Positions 28,183 through 37,270 of a stretch of 64,000 nt of DNA are shown here, in pieces. Position numbers and translations under genes: made by a program. Source of the DNA: Desulfosudaceae bacterium (GTDB lineage: Bacteria > Desulfobacterota > Desulfobacteria > Desulfobacterales > Desulfosudaceae); contig CAXXDV010000001.1 of assembly GCA_963674745.2 (NCBI GenBank), positions 2,496,001 to 2,560,000 of the forward strand, given 5' to 3'. Within the stretch, counting starts at the first letter, position 1. The number at the start of each line of letters is the position of its first letter. The notes under the pieces are model-generated. The model had not been told where the DNA came from. It saw nothing but the letters and a program-made list of their open reading frames with translations, and did not search any database.

Positions 28183-29330
28183 TGAAATGTTTAACCATTC
28201 TTGGCTGTACCGGTTCCATCGGTACCAATACGCTTGAGATCGTGGCCGCTTTTCCCGAGCGTTTTGACGTCCGGGCACTTTGTGCCGGAAAAAACGTGTC
28301 CCTGCTGACCGACCAGGTGCGTCAGTTCGGACCGGAGCTGGCGGTGGTCCTGGACGAAGCAGGTGCCTGCGAACTGGATGAGCGCCTGGGCCGGGGCCAT
28401 GGGGTCCGGATTCTGTTCGGTGATGAAGGGTATCGCGAAGCGGCAACACTTTCTTCGGTGGATATGGTGGTTTCGGCCATGGTGGGAGCGGCCGGCCTGG
28501 TACCGACGGTGGCCGCCATCGAAGCCGGTAAGGCCATTGCCCTGGCCAACAAGGAGGTGCTGGTCATGGCCGGAGATGTGGTCATGTCGCTGGCGGTTGA
28601 AAAAAATGTGCCTGTTCTGCCGGTTGACAGTGAGCACAGCGCTATTTTTCAGTGTCTCCAGGGACAGGACCGACGGTTTCTGGCCAGGATCCACCTGACG
28701 GCTTCGGGCGGTCCTTTTTTGAACAGCAGCCGCAATGAGATGGAAAAAGCCGGTCCGGCCGAAGCCCTGTCTCATCCCACCTGGAAGATGGGGAAAAAAA
28801 TTTCCATTGACTCGGCCACTTTGATGAACAAGGGGCTGGAGGTGATCGAGGCGGCCTTTTTATTCGCGGTTTCGGCTGCTGATATTGAAGTGGTCGTCCA
28901 CCCGCAGAGCATTATTCATTCCCTGGTGTCCTTTGTCGACGGTTCCCTGCTGGCCCAATTATCCTTACCGGACATGAAGGGGGCCATCGCCTATGCTCTG
29001 TCCTACCCGGAGCGTCTGACTTCGGTAGAACCGACCCTGGATCTGGCCGAGCTGGGTCAAATGACCTTTGAGCGGCCGGATGATGAGCGGTTTCCCTGTC
29101 TGGGGCTGGCCTTTGAGGCGGCCCGGCAGGGCGGTACCCTTCCGGCCGTGCTGAACGCGGCCAACGAAATAGCGGTCCACGCCTTTCTGGACGAACGCAT
29201 GCCGTTTTTCCGGATTCCGGCCCTGATCGAGGATGTCATGGCCAGGCATAAGGTGATGACATCACCGGCACTGTCTGATATTATGGACGCCGACGTCTGG
29301 GCCAGGCAAACGGCCCGGGAAATGATTTGA
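28182..29330 (+). CDS. dxr: 1-deoxy-D-xylulose-5-phosphate reductoisomerase
   Basis: Motifs LGCTGSIG, LANKE, PVDSEH, TASGGPF and NAANE. Confidence 0.97.
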   Translation: MKCLTILGCTGSIGTNTLEIVAAFPERFDVRALCAGKNVSLLTDQVRQFGPELAVVLDEAGACELDERLGRGHGVRILFGDEGYREAATLSSVDMVVSAMVGAAGLVPTVAAIEAGKAIALANKEVLVMAGDVVMSLAVEKNVPVLPVDSEHSAIFQCLQGQDRRFLARIHLTASGGPFLNSSRNEMEKAGPAEALSHPTWKMGKKISIDSATLMNKGLEVIEAAFLFAVSAADIEVVVHPQSIIHSLVSFVDGSLLAQLSLPDMKGAIAYALSYPERLTSVEPTLDLAELGQMTFERPDDERFPCLGLAFEAARQGGTLPAVLNAANEIAVHAFLDERMPFFRIPALIEDVMARHKVMTSPALSDIMDADVWARQTAREMI

Positions 29331-29343
29331 CGGGGAGTCAGTT

Positions 29344-30399
29344 TTGACAACGTTTTGGGCGACAATTATTGTTCTGGGTGTTCTGATTTTTTTTCATGAA
29401 TTCGGCCATTTTCTGATGGCCCGACTGTTCGGCGTGGGTGTGGAGCGGTTTTCCCTGGGGTTCGGCCCCAGGATATTCGGCTTTAAACGGGGCCGTACAG
29501 ACTACCGGCTGTCGGCCATTCCCCTGGGCGGGTATGTCAAGATGGTGGGCGAAGAACCGGATGACGAGATTGATGAAGCGGATATCCCAGAGTCTTTTAC
29601 CCATCAACCGGTACTCAACCGGATGGTGATCGTGGCCGCCGGTCCTTTTTTTAACCTGTTGCTGGCCATTTTGATCTTTTACGTGCTGTTCCAGGTTTAT
29701 GGAAAGCTATGGCTGAAACCGGTCGTCGGTCAGGTCAGTCCGGACATGCCGGCCATAGCGGCCGGTCTCAAATCGGGAGACCGGATCATTGATGTTAACC
29801 GTCAGCCCGTAAAAACATGGGAGGAGATGGCCGCCATGATCGAGGGCAGTGGCGGCCGGGATCTGGATCTGGTGGTAGACCGGGAAGGGGAGACGTTTCC
29901 CGTGACGGTAACGCCGGCCGTGGTGGACGGCAAAACGATTTTCGGGGAACCGCGTAAACGGTACGTGCTGGGAATTGTTGCCTCGGGCGAGGTGGTCCGG
30001 GAGTCCGTCGGCCCGGTGAAGGCCCTGATCATGAGTCTTGAGTCAACCTGGGATATCGTCCGATTGACCGCCATTGGCGTGACCAAGATGATATCCGGCG
30101 CCGTGTCGACTAAAGAACTGGGCGGTCCTATTCTGATCGCTCAGATGGCCGGCAAGCAAATGGAAGAAGGCATCAGCAGTTTCCTGGCCTTTATGGCGTT
30201 TATCAGTATTAATCTGGCCATACTTAATTTTCTACCGATACCCGTGCTTGACGGCGGGCATCTGCTTTTTTATACCATCGAAATCATCAGGCGCAAACCG
30301 GTTGAAATCAAGACCCGGGAGATCGCCCAGCAGTTCGGCATGATCATTTTGTTATCATTGATGGTGCTGGTTATTTATAATGACATTACCCGGCCTTGA
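29344..30399 (+). CDS. rseP: RIP metalloprotease RseP
   Basis: HEFGH, a PDZ segment and NFLPIPVLDGG. Confidence 0.96.
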   Translation: MTTFWATIIVLGVLIFFHEFGHFLMARLFGVGVERFSLGFGPRIFGFKRGRTDYRLSAIPLGGYVKMVGEEPDDEIDEADIPESFTHQPVLNRMVIVAAGPFFNLLLAILIFYVLFQVYGKLWLKPVVGQVSPDMPAIAAGLKSGDRIIDVNRQPVKTWEEMAAMIEGSGGRDLDLVVDREGETFPVTVTPAVVDGKTIFGEPRKRYVLGIVASGEVVRESVGPVKALIMSLESTWDIVRLTAIGVTKMISGAVSTKELGGPILIAQMAGKQMEEGISSFLAFMAFISINLAILNFLPIPVLDGGHLLFYTIEIIRRKPVEIKTREIAQQFGMIILLSLMVLVIYNDITRP

Positions 30400-30448
30400 A
30401 TAACCGGGCGGATATGATAATGGTAAGTATCAGGAGGTGTTAAATCAT

Positions 30449-33445
30449 ATGGCGCATCGCCTGGAAATAGCCCTGCGGTCCGATCTGACCGATCCGGCCG
30501 GGGAAACCGTCAGAACACGGGCGGCCGCATACCTGTCCGTTCATCCGGTATCGGTCAGGGTCGTTCATATTATCACCATTGACGCCGATCTTGACGAACA
30601 GCAGCAGGCCGCAGTCAGTGACATTTTTACCAATCCGGTTACCCAGATTTCTTCTTATTTACCGTTGGATATTCCTTTTGACTGGGTGATCTGGGTGGGT
30701 TACCGGCCGGGCGTCAAGGACAACCCCGGTGATACCGCCCGGGAAGCCATGGTTGACAGCCTGGGGGACGCTTTTCCGTTGGACAGCGGGGTCTACACCT
30801 CCAGGCGTTACTGCCTGCGGGCGCCGGACATGACGGCCGAACAGGTGGACCGCATTGCCCGGGAACTGCTGGCCAATGACACTATCGAGCAGTGGCGGAT
30901 TTTCTCAAAGCAGGAATGGGACGACAGCCAGGGCATCGGCCTGATTATTCCCAGGGTTAAACTCGATCACGAACCCACGGTGACGGTCATTCCGGTAGAT
31001 ACGGATGAGGCCCTGCTGGCGGTCAGCGATCAGCGTAACCTGGCTTTGAACCCCAATGACGTGCCGACCATCCGGGAATATTTTCTGCGGCCGGATGTGC
31101 GGCAACAGCGACAGGCCGTGGGCCTGTCCGATCCCACCGATATTGAACTGGAATACATATCCCAGGCCCGCAGCGACCACTGCAATCACAATACCTTTAA
31201 CGGACTGTTTCACTACCGGGATCTGGCCACCGGGGAGGGCCGGACCATTGACAGCCTGTTTGTCACCTGTATCCGTCAGCCGACCCTGGAGCAGAAACAA
31301 AAGAAACCCTGGGTGGTGTCGGTGTTGTGGGACAATGCCGGTGCCGCGCGTTTTGATGACAGCCATAATTATGTGATCACCGGTGAAACCCATAACTCGC
31401 CCTCCAACATGGAAGCTTACGGCGGGGCCATGACCGGTATCGTCGGTGTTTATCGCGACCCCATGGGTACGGGCAAGGGCGCCCGGCTGGTGATGGGCGG
31501 ATACGGTTTTTGCACCGGCCATCGCGATTATGCCGGTGAGCTTACGCCCCGCCTTCATCCCCGGCGTCTGCTGGATGGTGTTATCGAGGGTGTTCGTGAC
31601 GGGGGCAACAAGAGCGGTATTCCGACCACCTTCGGACAGGTTTATTTTGATGACGGTTACCTGGGTAAGTGCCTGGTGTTTGTGACCGCCATTGGTATCA
31701 TGCCGGCCCGGGTAGACGGCAAGCCTTCCGAAGAAAAGACCACCACGCCCGGAGAGCTGATCATCATGTGCGGCGGCAGGGTGGGTAAAGACGGCATCCA
31801 CGGGGTGACCGCGTCTTCGGAGGTCTTTTCCGAGACCACGCCGGCCGGTCATGTACAGATCGGCGACCCCTATACCCAGAAAAAGATGCACGATTTTCTG
31901 TTAGAAGCCCGTGACCGGGGGATGATCCGTTTTATTACCGACAACGGCGGCGGCGGGCTTTCCTCGTCCGTTGGTGAGTCGGCTGAATTCGCCGGTGGCT
32001 GCGAGGTGTGGCTGGAAAAGGTGCCCTTGAAATACGAGGGGCTGGACCAGTGGGAAATATGGGTGTCCGAATCCCAGGAGCGGATGACCGTGGCCGTGTC
32101 GCCGGACGACCTTGACGCGTTTATGGCGCTGTCTGCCGGACATGCCGTGGAATCCACGGTGATCGGCAAATACACCGATTCGGGCCGGTTGCATATCCTG
32201 TATAACGGTCAGACCTGTGCTTATATCGATCTTGATTTCATGAAGTCGGATTTTCCCCAGTGGGTGTTTGACGCGGAATGGAGCCCACCGGCCATGCGCG
32301 GGCTGTGTGAACCCGTACTGGGCCGGCCTGACGATTTCAATAAACTGCTGAGCGATATGCTGGCAAGGCCCAATATCTGCAGCCGGGAATGGATCGTCCG
32401 CCAGTATGATCATGAAGTCCAGGCCGGGAGTGTCATCAAACCGTTGACGGGCGTCGGCCGGGACATCCCTTCGGACGCATCCGTAACGCGGCCGGTGCTG
32501 TTCTCCGACCGGGCCATTGCTTTTTCACAGGCCCTGCTGCCGGCCTATTCCGCCATCGATACCTGGCAAATGGTGGCCTGCACCATTGATGAAGCCGTGC
32601 GACGGTTGATCGCCGTTGGCGCGCCGCCTGATGAGATCGGCGGGGTGGACAATTTCTGCTGGCCCAATATCCAGTACGATCCGACGACCAACCCGGATGG
32701 AAAATACAAGGCCGCACAGCTGGTCCGCGCCTGCCAGGCGCTCAAGGAAACCTGTGACGCTTTCGGCATACCCTTGCTTTCCGGTAAAGACAGCATGTAC
32801 GTGGACGGGCATCTGCCGGGCTCCTATGGCGAGACGCACAAGGTCTCGGCTCCGCCGACCATGCAGTTTTCAGCCACGGCCGTGATTCCTCATGTATTTC
32901 GTTGCGTGACCATGGATGCCAAGGCCGAGGGTGACCTGGTCTATATCGTCGGTCGCACGGCCGATGAACTGGGTGGATCTGAATATTACGATATGATGGG
33001 ACATACCGGCCTGAATGTGCCGCAACTGTCCGTGGAAACGGTTTTACCGGTTTACCGCAATATGTTCGAGGCGATTAACCGGGAGATGGTCGCTTCTGTT
33101 CACGGCGTTTACCGGGGTGGCCTGGGCGTTCACCTGGCCCTGTCGGCCATGGCCGGTGAACGGGGCATGATTGTCGACCTGTCGCAGGTGCCCCGGGTTG
33201 AACGCCTGAATGACGCCGGTCTTCTTTTTTCCGAAAGCACCGGCCGCTTCGTGGTAACGGTGGCCCCGCGTCACCAGGAAGCGTTTGAGGCCCTGTTCGC
33301 CGGAGAAGCTTGTGCCCGGGTGGGCGTGGTCGGCAGGGATCAGGGCGATCTGGTGATCATCGGTCAGGAGGGCCGTACCATTATTTCCACGGGGATTGAT
33401 ACGTTGAAAAAGGCCTGGAAACAGCCGCTGGGAGGACTGATATGA
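30449..33445 (+). CDS. purL: Phosphoribosylformylglycinamidine synthase, synthetase subunit (with N-terminal PurS-like extension)
   Basis: Motifs SDHCNH, ETHNSPS, GKDGIHG, DNGGGG, SESQERM, QYDHEV and SGKDS; followed by purQ. Confidence 0.92.
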   Translation: MAHRLEIALRSDLTDPAGETVRTRAAAYLSVHPVSVRVVHIITIDADLDEQQQAAVSDIFTNPVTQISSYLPLDIPFDWVIWVGYRPGVKDNPGDTAREAMVDSLGDAFPLDSGVYTSRRYCLRAPDMTAEQVDRIARELLANDTIEQWRIFSKQEWDDSQGIGLIIPRVKLDHEPTVTVIPVDTDEALLAVSDQRNLALNPNDVPTIREYFLRPDVRQQRQAVGLSDPTDIELEYISQARSDHCNHNTFNGLFHYRDLATGEGRTIDSLFVTCIRQPTLEQKQKKPWVVSVLWDNAGAARFDDSHNYVITGETHNSPSNMEAYGGAMTGIVGVYRDPMGTGKGARLVMGGYGFCTGHRDYAGELTPRLHPRRLLDGVIEGVRDGGNKSGIPTTFGQVYFDDGYLGKCLVFVTAIGIMPARVDGKPSEEKTTTPGELIIMCGGRVGKDGIHGVTASSEVFSETTPAGHVQIGDPYTQKKMHDFLLEARDRGMIRFITDNGGGGLSSSVGESAEFAGGCEVWLEKVPLKYEGLDQWEIWVSESQERMTVAVSPDDLDAFMALSAGHAVESTVIGKYTDSGRLHILYNGQTCAYIDLDFMKSDFPQWVFDAEWSPPAMRGLCEPVLGRPDDFNKLLSDMLARPNICSREWIVRQYDHEVQAGSVIKPLTGVGRDIPSDASVTRPVLFSDRAIAFSQALLPAYSAIDTWQMVACTIDEAVRRLIAVGAPPDEIGGVDNFCWPNIQYDPTTNPDGKYKAAQLVRACQALKETCDAFGIPLLSGKDSMYVDGHLPGSYGETHKVSAPPTMQFSATAVIPHVFRCVTMDAKAEGDLVYIVGRTADELGGSEYYDMMGHTGLNVPQLSVETVLPVYRNMFEAINREMVASVHGVYRGGLGVHLALSAMAGERGMIVDLSQVPRVERLNDAGLLFSESTGRFVVTVAPRHQEAFEALFAGEACARVGVVGRDQGDLVIIGQEGRTIISTGIDTLKKAWKQPLGGLI

Positions 33446-34272
33446 GCCGCACTGTCAATGCGCTGGTGCTATGCGGTTACGGCCTGAACTGTGACCGGGA
33501 AACCGCTTATGCTTTGGAGCTGGCCGGCGCCCGGGCGCAGCGGGTACACATTAATTCACTTATATCACGTGACTCGCGATTGTCGGATTTCCAGATCATG
33601 GCCTTTGTGGGCGGTTTCTCCTGGGGGGACGATCACGGCGCCGGTGTTATCCAGGCCCACCGGTTGAAAACCCGGTTGGGCGATGACCTGATCGATTTCG
33701 TTACCGGCGGCGGGCTGGTTATCGGTATCTGCAACGGTTTTCAGACCCTGGTCAACCTCGGGCTTCTGCCCGGCTGTGACAATGATTACCGCACCCGGTC
33801 GGTGGCGCTGATTGCCAATGACTGCGGCAATTTCCGTGATGACTGGGTCCATCTGCGGGCCAACGAAGCGTCGCCCTGTGTTTTTACCGCCGGAATGACA
33901 GCCTTTGATCTGCCCGTCCGGCACGGTGAGGGCAAATTTTTTTGTGAAACGCAAATGCATGCCCGTATGTCAGAGAAAAACCAGATTGTCCTGCGTTATG
34001 CCGATGACAGCGGGCAGCCGGCAGGCGGAAAATTTCCCGACAACCCCAACGGTTCCCTGGACGACATTGCCGGGATATGTGACAGTACCGGCCGGGTTTT
34101 CGGACTGATGCCCCATCCCGAGGCCTTTATCCACCCCACCAACCATCCCGCCTGGACAAGGCAGAAAACACTGGCTGCCCGTGACGGCCGGGCTTCTACC
34201 GATACCGGTAGCACCATTACCGACGGTGTCCGCCTGCTGAAAAACGGCGTGGATTATGCCGCCGGGATGTAG
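33442..34272 (+). CDS. purQ: FGAM synthase glutaminase subunit
   Basis: Motifs GGFSWGD, GICNGFQ, HGEG, NPNGS and MPHPE. Confidence 0.95.
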   Translation: MSRTVNALVLCGYGLNCDRETAYALELAGARAQRVHINSLISRDSRLSDFQIMAFVGGFSWGDDHGAGVIQAHRLKTRLGDDLIDFVTGGGLVIGICNGFQTLVNLGLLPGCDNDYRTRSVALIANDCGNFRDDWVHLRANEASPCVFTAGMTAFDLPVRHGEGKFFCETQMHARMSEKNQIVLRYADDSGQPAGGKFPDNPNGSLDDIAGICDSTGRVFGLMPHPEAFIHPTNHPAWTRQKTLAARDGRASTDTGSTITDGVRLLKNGVDYAAGM

Positions 34273-34325
34273 ACTCCCAGACGCCCTCCCTGAATACCTT
34301 CTGCAAGGCCCAGGACGCAAACTCA

Positions 34326-34386
34326 TGTAGGGGCACCCCCCTGTGGGTGCCCTTTTATCGGGCGGCCACAGGGGGCCGCCCCTACA
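34326..34386. repeat. GTAG-type REP doublet (REPIN-like)
   Basis: TGTAGGGGCACCCCCCTGTGGGTGCCC-N7-GGGCGGCCACAGGGGGCCGCCCCTACA: two inverted units, each with an internal hairpin. Confidence 0.8.
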
Positions 34387-34580
34387 GCGTTTACGAGTGG
34401 CCTGTAACATTTTATCTGCTTTTGTTGGAGAACCGCATGAAATATCCCGGCTAAATGGAAAATCAGCCATTTTTTGAGAATGCTTTGTGATCATTAGCAG
34501 GCGCTGTTTCATCTTGATGTTAATGCCACATTGTGGTATAAAAATACCTTATGATGAAAATTCGCAAAGAGGTGCTGCAA

Positions 34581-35042
34581 ATGAAAAAAATCGTATCTCT
34601 GTCTGTCAGCCTGAAGAAGGGGACGCCGAAAACAACGGTTCGGGAGGTCTTTTTAAAAACCGGGCATGGTATTGAAGGCGATGCCCATGCCGGAGCCTGG
34701 CATCGGCAGGTCAGTTTTCTGGCCGCGGAACAGATCAAGGCGGCCTGGATCAGTGGATTGAATGTGGATTTTGGATCGTTTGCGGAAAATATCGCCACCC
34801 TGGGTGTGGACTGGGTTACGGTTCCCGTTGGTACCCGGTTGCGCCTGGGCCAAACCGCCGAGGTGGAGATCACCCAGATCGGCAAGGAATGTCATAAAAA
34901 GTGCGCCATTTATTACCAGGCCGGGGACTGCATCATGCCCCGCCAGGGCGTTTTCGGCCGTGTTCTCAGAGAAGGTCGGATCTGCCCCGGCGACGGCATA
35001 GAATTTCTTCAGGTACCGGACACCGGGGAATCTTTGCAATAA
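34581..35042 (+). CDS. MOSC-domain protein
   Basis: Motifs GIEGDAHAG.WHRQVS, FAENI and TQIGKECH..CAI...GDCIMP. Confidence 0.9.
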   Translation: MKKIVSLSVSLKKGTPKTTVREVFLKTGHGIEGDAHAGAWHRQVSFLAAEQIKAAWISGLNVDFGSFAENIATLGVDWVTVPVGTRLRLGQTAEVEITQIGKECHKKCAIYYQAGDCIMPRQGVFGRVLREGRICPGDGIEFLQVPDTGESLQ

Positions 35043-35071
35043 AAGGCCTTGTTTGGCTAAAGGAGAAAAAA

Positions 35072-35698
35072 ATGTCTTCCAGATTGAAAAAAACAGCTGT
35101 TTTAGTGGTTGTGCTGAGTTTATTCAGTCCTTTTTCTTTTGCCGGGGAATTCTCTTCCTATATGGACTGGCGAAATGAACATTTTTTATTTGCGGATAAC
35201 AGTACCCCGGGAGTTTATGAAAAGGGTAACTGGCTGTTCGCATCCGGCGAGAAAGCCGCCGGATGCGGTGCCATGAACGCAGGCGCTTTTTGTTGCGACG
35301 CGGGTCCGGGAAAAACGTCTGTTTCAGGTTCATCGGGAAAAAAATCGATCGACCTGGGGAATATCCACAAATACCTGGGGTATACGACAGTGCTTCTGGT
35401 GGGGCTGGCCGCGGCCACGGCCGGGGATAACGGGGCGCATTACGGGGCGGCATACGGCTCGGCCGTGGCAGCAGCCGCTACCGTAACAACGGGGTTTGTA
35501 GAATACGGGGACCGGTTCGATCTTAGCTACGGTCTTTTTTCGGAAGATAACGCCCATATCATCCTGGGCACCATCGGCGCGGTGGCCTGTATCGCGGCCG
35601 TTGCCGTGGCGGATTCAGACGGTGGCGGTGGCCATGCCGGCGCCGGCAGCGGCGGTGGTGTTGCCATGGCCCTGTCGATTATCACCATCCGGTGGTGA
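35072..35698 (+). CDS. Hypothetical exported/membrane protein
   Basis: AAGGAG RBS, a signal peptide, then Gly/Ala-rich hydrophobic helices, each with a His. Confidence 0.65.
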   Translation: MSSRLKKTAVLVVVLSLFSPFSFAGEFSSYMDWRNEHFLFADNSTPGVYEKGNWLFASGEKAAGCGAMNAGAFCCDAGPGKTSVSGSSGKKSIDLGNIHKYLGYTTVLLVGLAAATAGDNGAHYGAAYGSAVAAAATVTTGFVEYGDRFDLSYGLFSEDNAHIILGTIGAVACIAAVAVADSDGGGGHAGAGSGGGVAMALSIITIRW

Positions 35699-35886
35699 TT
35701 TGCTAAAAAAGCGTATTTTTTGAGATGTCCCCACACATCAGGATTCCGTAAGCAAAAAGATGTATCCTTATTTTTGGCCATTGCTCCCGGCAGCAGGAAG
35801 CATGCCCCTGGTCTTTGAAAACGGCTTATCGTTTCCATTTTTTTGTTCTGTTGATCGTGTTTCGAATTTTAACTGGAATGATTGAA

Positions 35887-36615
35887 TTATGGCTTTCTCC
35901 CCCCGAAAAGCGCCAGTTCAAATACCTTGAAGAAAACGTCTACATCAACAAAACCGATTTTTTTCAGCCAGGCGCACTGGTCTTCGACCGGGGCCAGGAT
36001 GTTTTCTTTTTTGTCCGGCCGGTTGTAATATTCAGCGGCGATATCTTCTCTGTCTGCTGTCGCGTCAGTTCTGCTGTGAAAGTTGTGCAGTTGGTCGATA
36101 AAAAAATCATCAAACAGCGCCTGCCCGGCGGCTGTTTTTGAGGCAACATGTTCCAGGTTAAGAAATGTCCCCCCCGGCTTAAGTGCATCAAATATTTCAG
36201 TATAGAGCGTTTGTTTTCTGTAGTCCGGTTGGTGATGGATGGCGAAGCCGGACACCACCATATCGAAAAATCCGTGCGGCCGAAGCGCTTCAAGCCATTG
36301 TGGGGAAGAAAAATCCGCTTTGGTAACGGTGGCATTGGCAAGTGCGGCTGTGTTTTCACGGGCCGCGTCAAGCATGGGTTGGGAAAAATCAAGCAGCAGG
36401 CACTTGGCGGATGGGAACAGTTCGAGCAGGAAACGTCCCAGAATGCCGTTACCGCAACCGAGATCAAGAATGCCTTCCGGGGTCGGGTTCCATTGCCGGG
36501 CGATTTTCCCCATAACGGTCAGTTGCAGATCAGCGCCGGGTATGGCACCGCGCACGCCTTCTAAAAAAGTCCGAGAGAGTTCTTTGCTTTGCCAGCCGCT
36601 CATTTTTTCATCCAT
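35887..36615 (-). CDS. Class I SAM-dependent methyltransferase (CmoA-like)
   Basis: Motifs LDLGCGNG, DFSQPML, FAIHH and LKPGG. Confidence 0.9.
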   Translation of the reverse strand: MDEKMSGWQSKELSRTFLEGVRGAIPGADLQLTVMGKIARQWNPTPEGILDLGCGNGILGRFLLELFPSAKCLLLDFSQPMLDAARENTAALANATVTKADFSSPQWLEALRPHGFFDMVVSGFAIHHQPDYRKQTLYTEIFDALKPGGTFLNLEHVASKTAAGQALFDDFFIDQLHNFHSRTDATADREDIAAEYYNRPDKKENILAPVEDQCAWLKKIGFVDVDVFFKVFELALFGGRKP

Positions 36616-36705
36616 GTTTTTATCGCTTTTTTAAGTGTCCGGCCAAGCCGGCGATGATCATTAGAAATAAAACTTAATAGGTCGTGTTTGATTTATCACG
36701 TTGAT

Positions 36706-36939
36706 TCATACCCCCCCGGAATTGCCGGACTGACAGGAACAACTCAAGCCGGTTTGATGTGCTTTGGCTTCTTTTAAAATGCGGATACCCCCGCGCAGCA
36801 CGATCAGGCGGGAGGATTCGGCCAGCAGGCCCAGGCCAAGCTCTGTTGCAAACATGAAAGCATTGATGCCAAGGATAATCCAAAGGGTTTTTCGTTCCTG
36901 CCTGTTCTTTGCTTCCATTTCACAGCCACAATCTGGCAT
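36706..36939 (-). pseudogene. Internally deleted cation-efflux (CDF-like) transporter remnant
   Basis: The N-terminus MPDCGCE...RKTLWIILGINAFMFATE...LLAES is joined directly to the C-terminal IVLRGGIRILKEA. The central TM helices are absent. Confidence 0.65.
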
Positions 36940-37085
36940 GGTGCCTGCCTCCCGGTATGATCGATAAAAAAACTTCATAGGCGTATTATATCAACCGGAA
37001 AGGGTATGACTATTAAAAAATTAGAGAGACGTGAGGCCGTTAAAATATTATTCGAAAGGATTGCAAATGGTTACAACTAATAGCA

Positions 37086-37114
37086 TTGACATTGAAATAA
37101 TATTATGATACATT
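37086..37114 (+). promoter_or_regulatory. Putative sigma70 promoter for the PKS cluster
   Basis: TTGACA-N17-TACATT with an extended -10 TG at 37106-37107, in an AT-rich region. Confidence 0.6.
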
Positions 37115-37270
37115 CAAAAGGTTTAGATACAATAGCGGGTGTATTTCCGATGCTGTGTTTTGGTTTTTGATAATACCGTTTTTCAATGAATTTTTTTATA
37201 AAAAGGAATGCGGGGAACATTTTAGTTCCTGTGGCCTTGATAACAGATCCCCACGTTTTTATATCGATAG

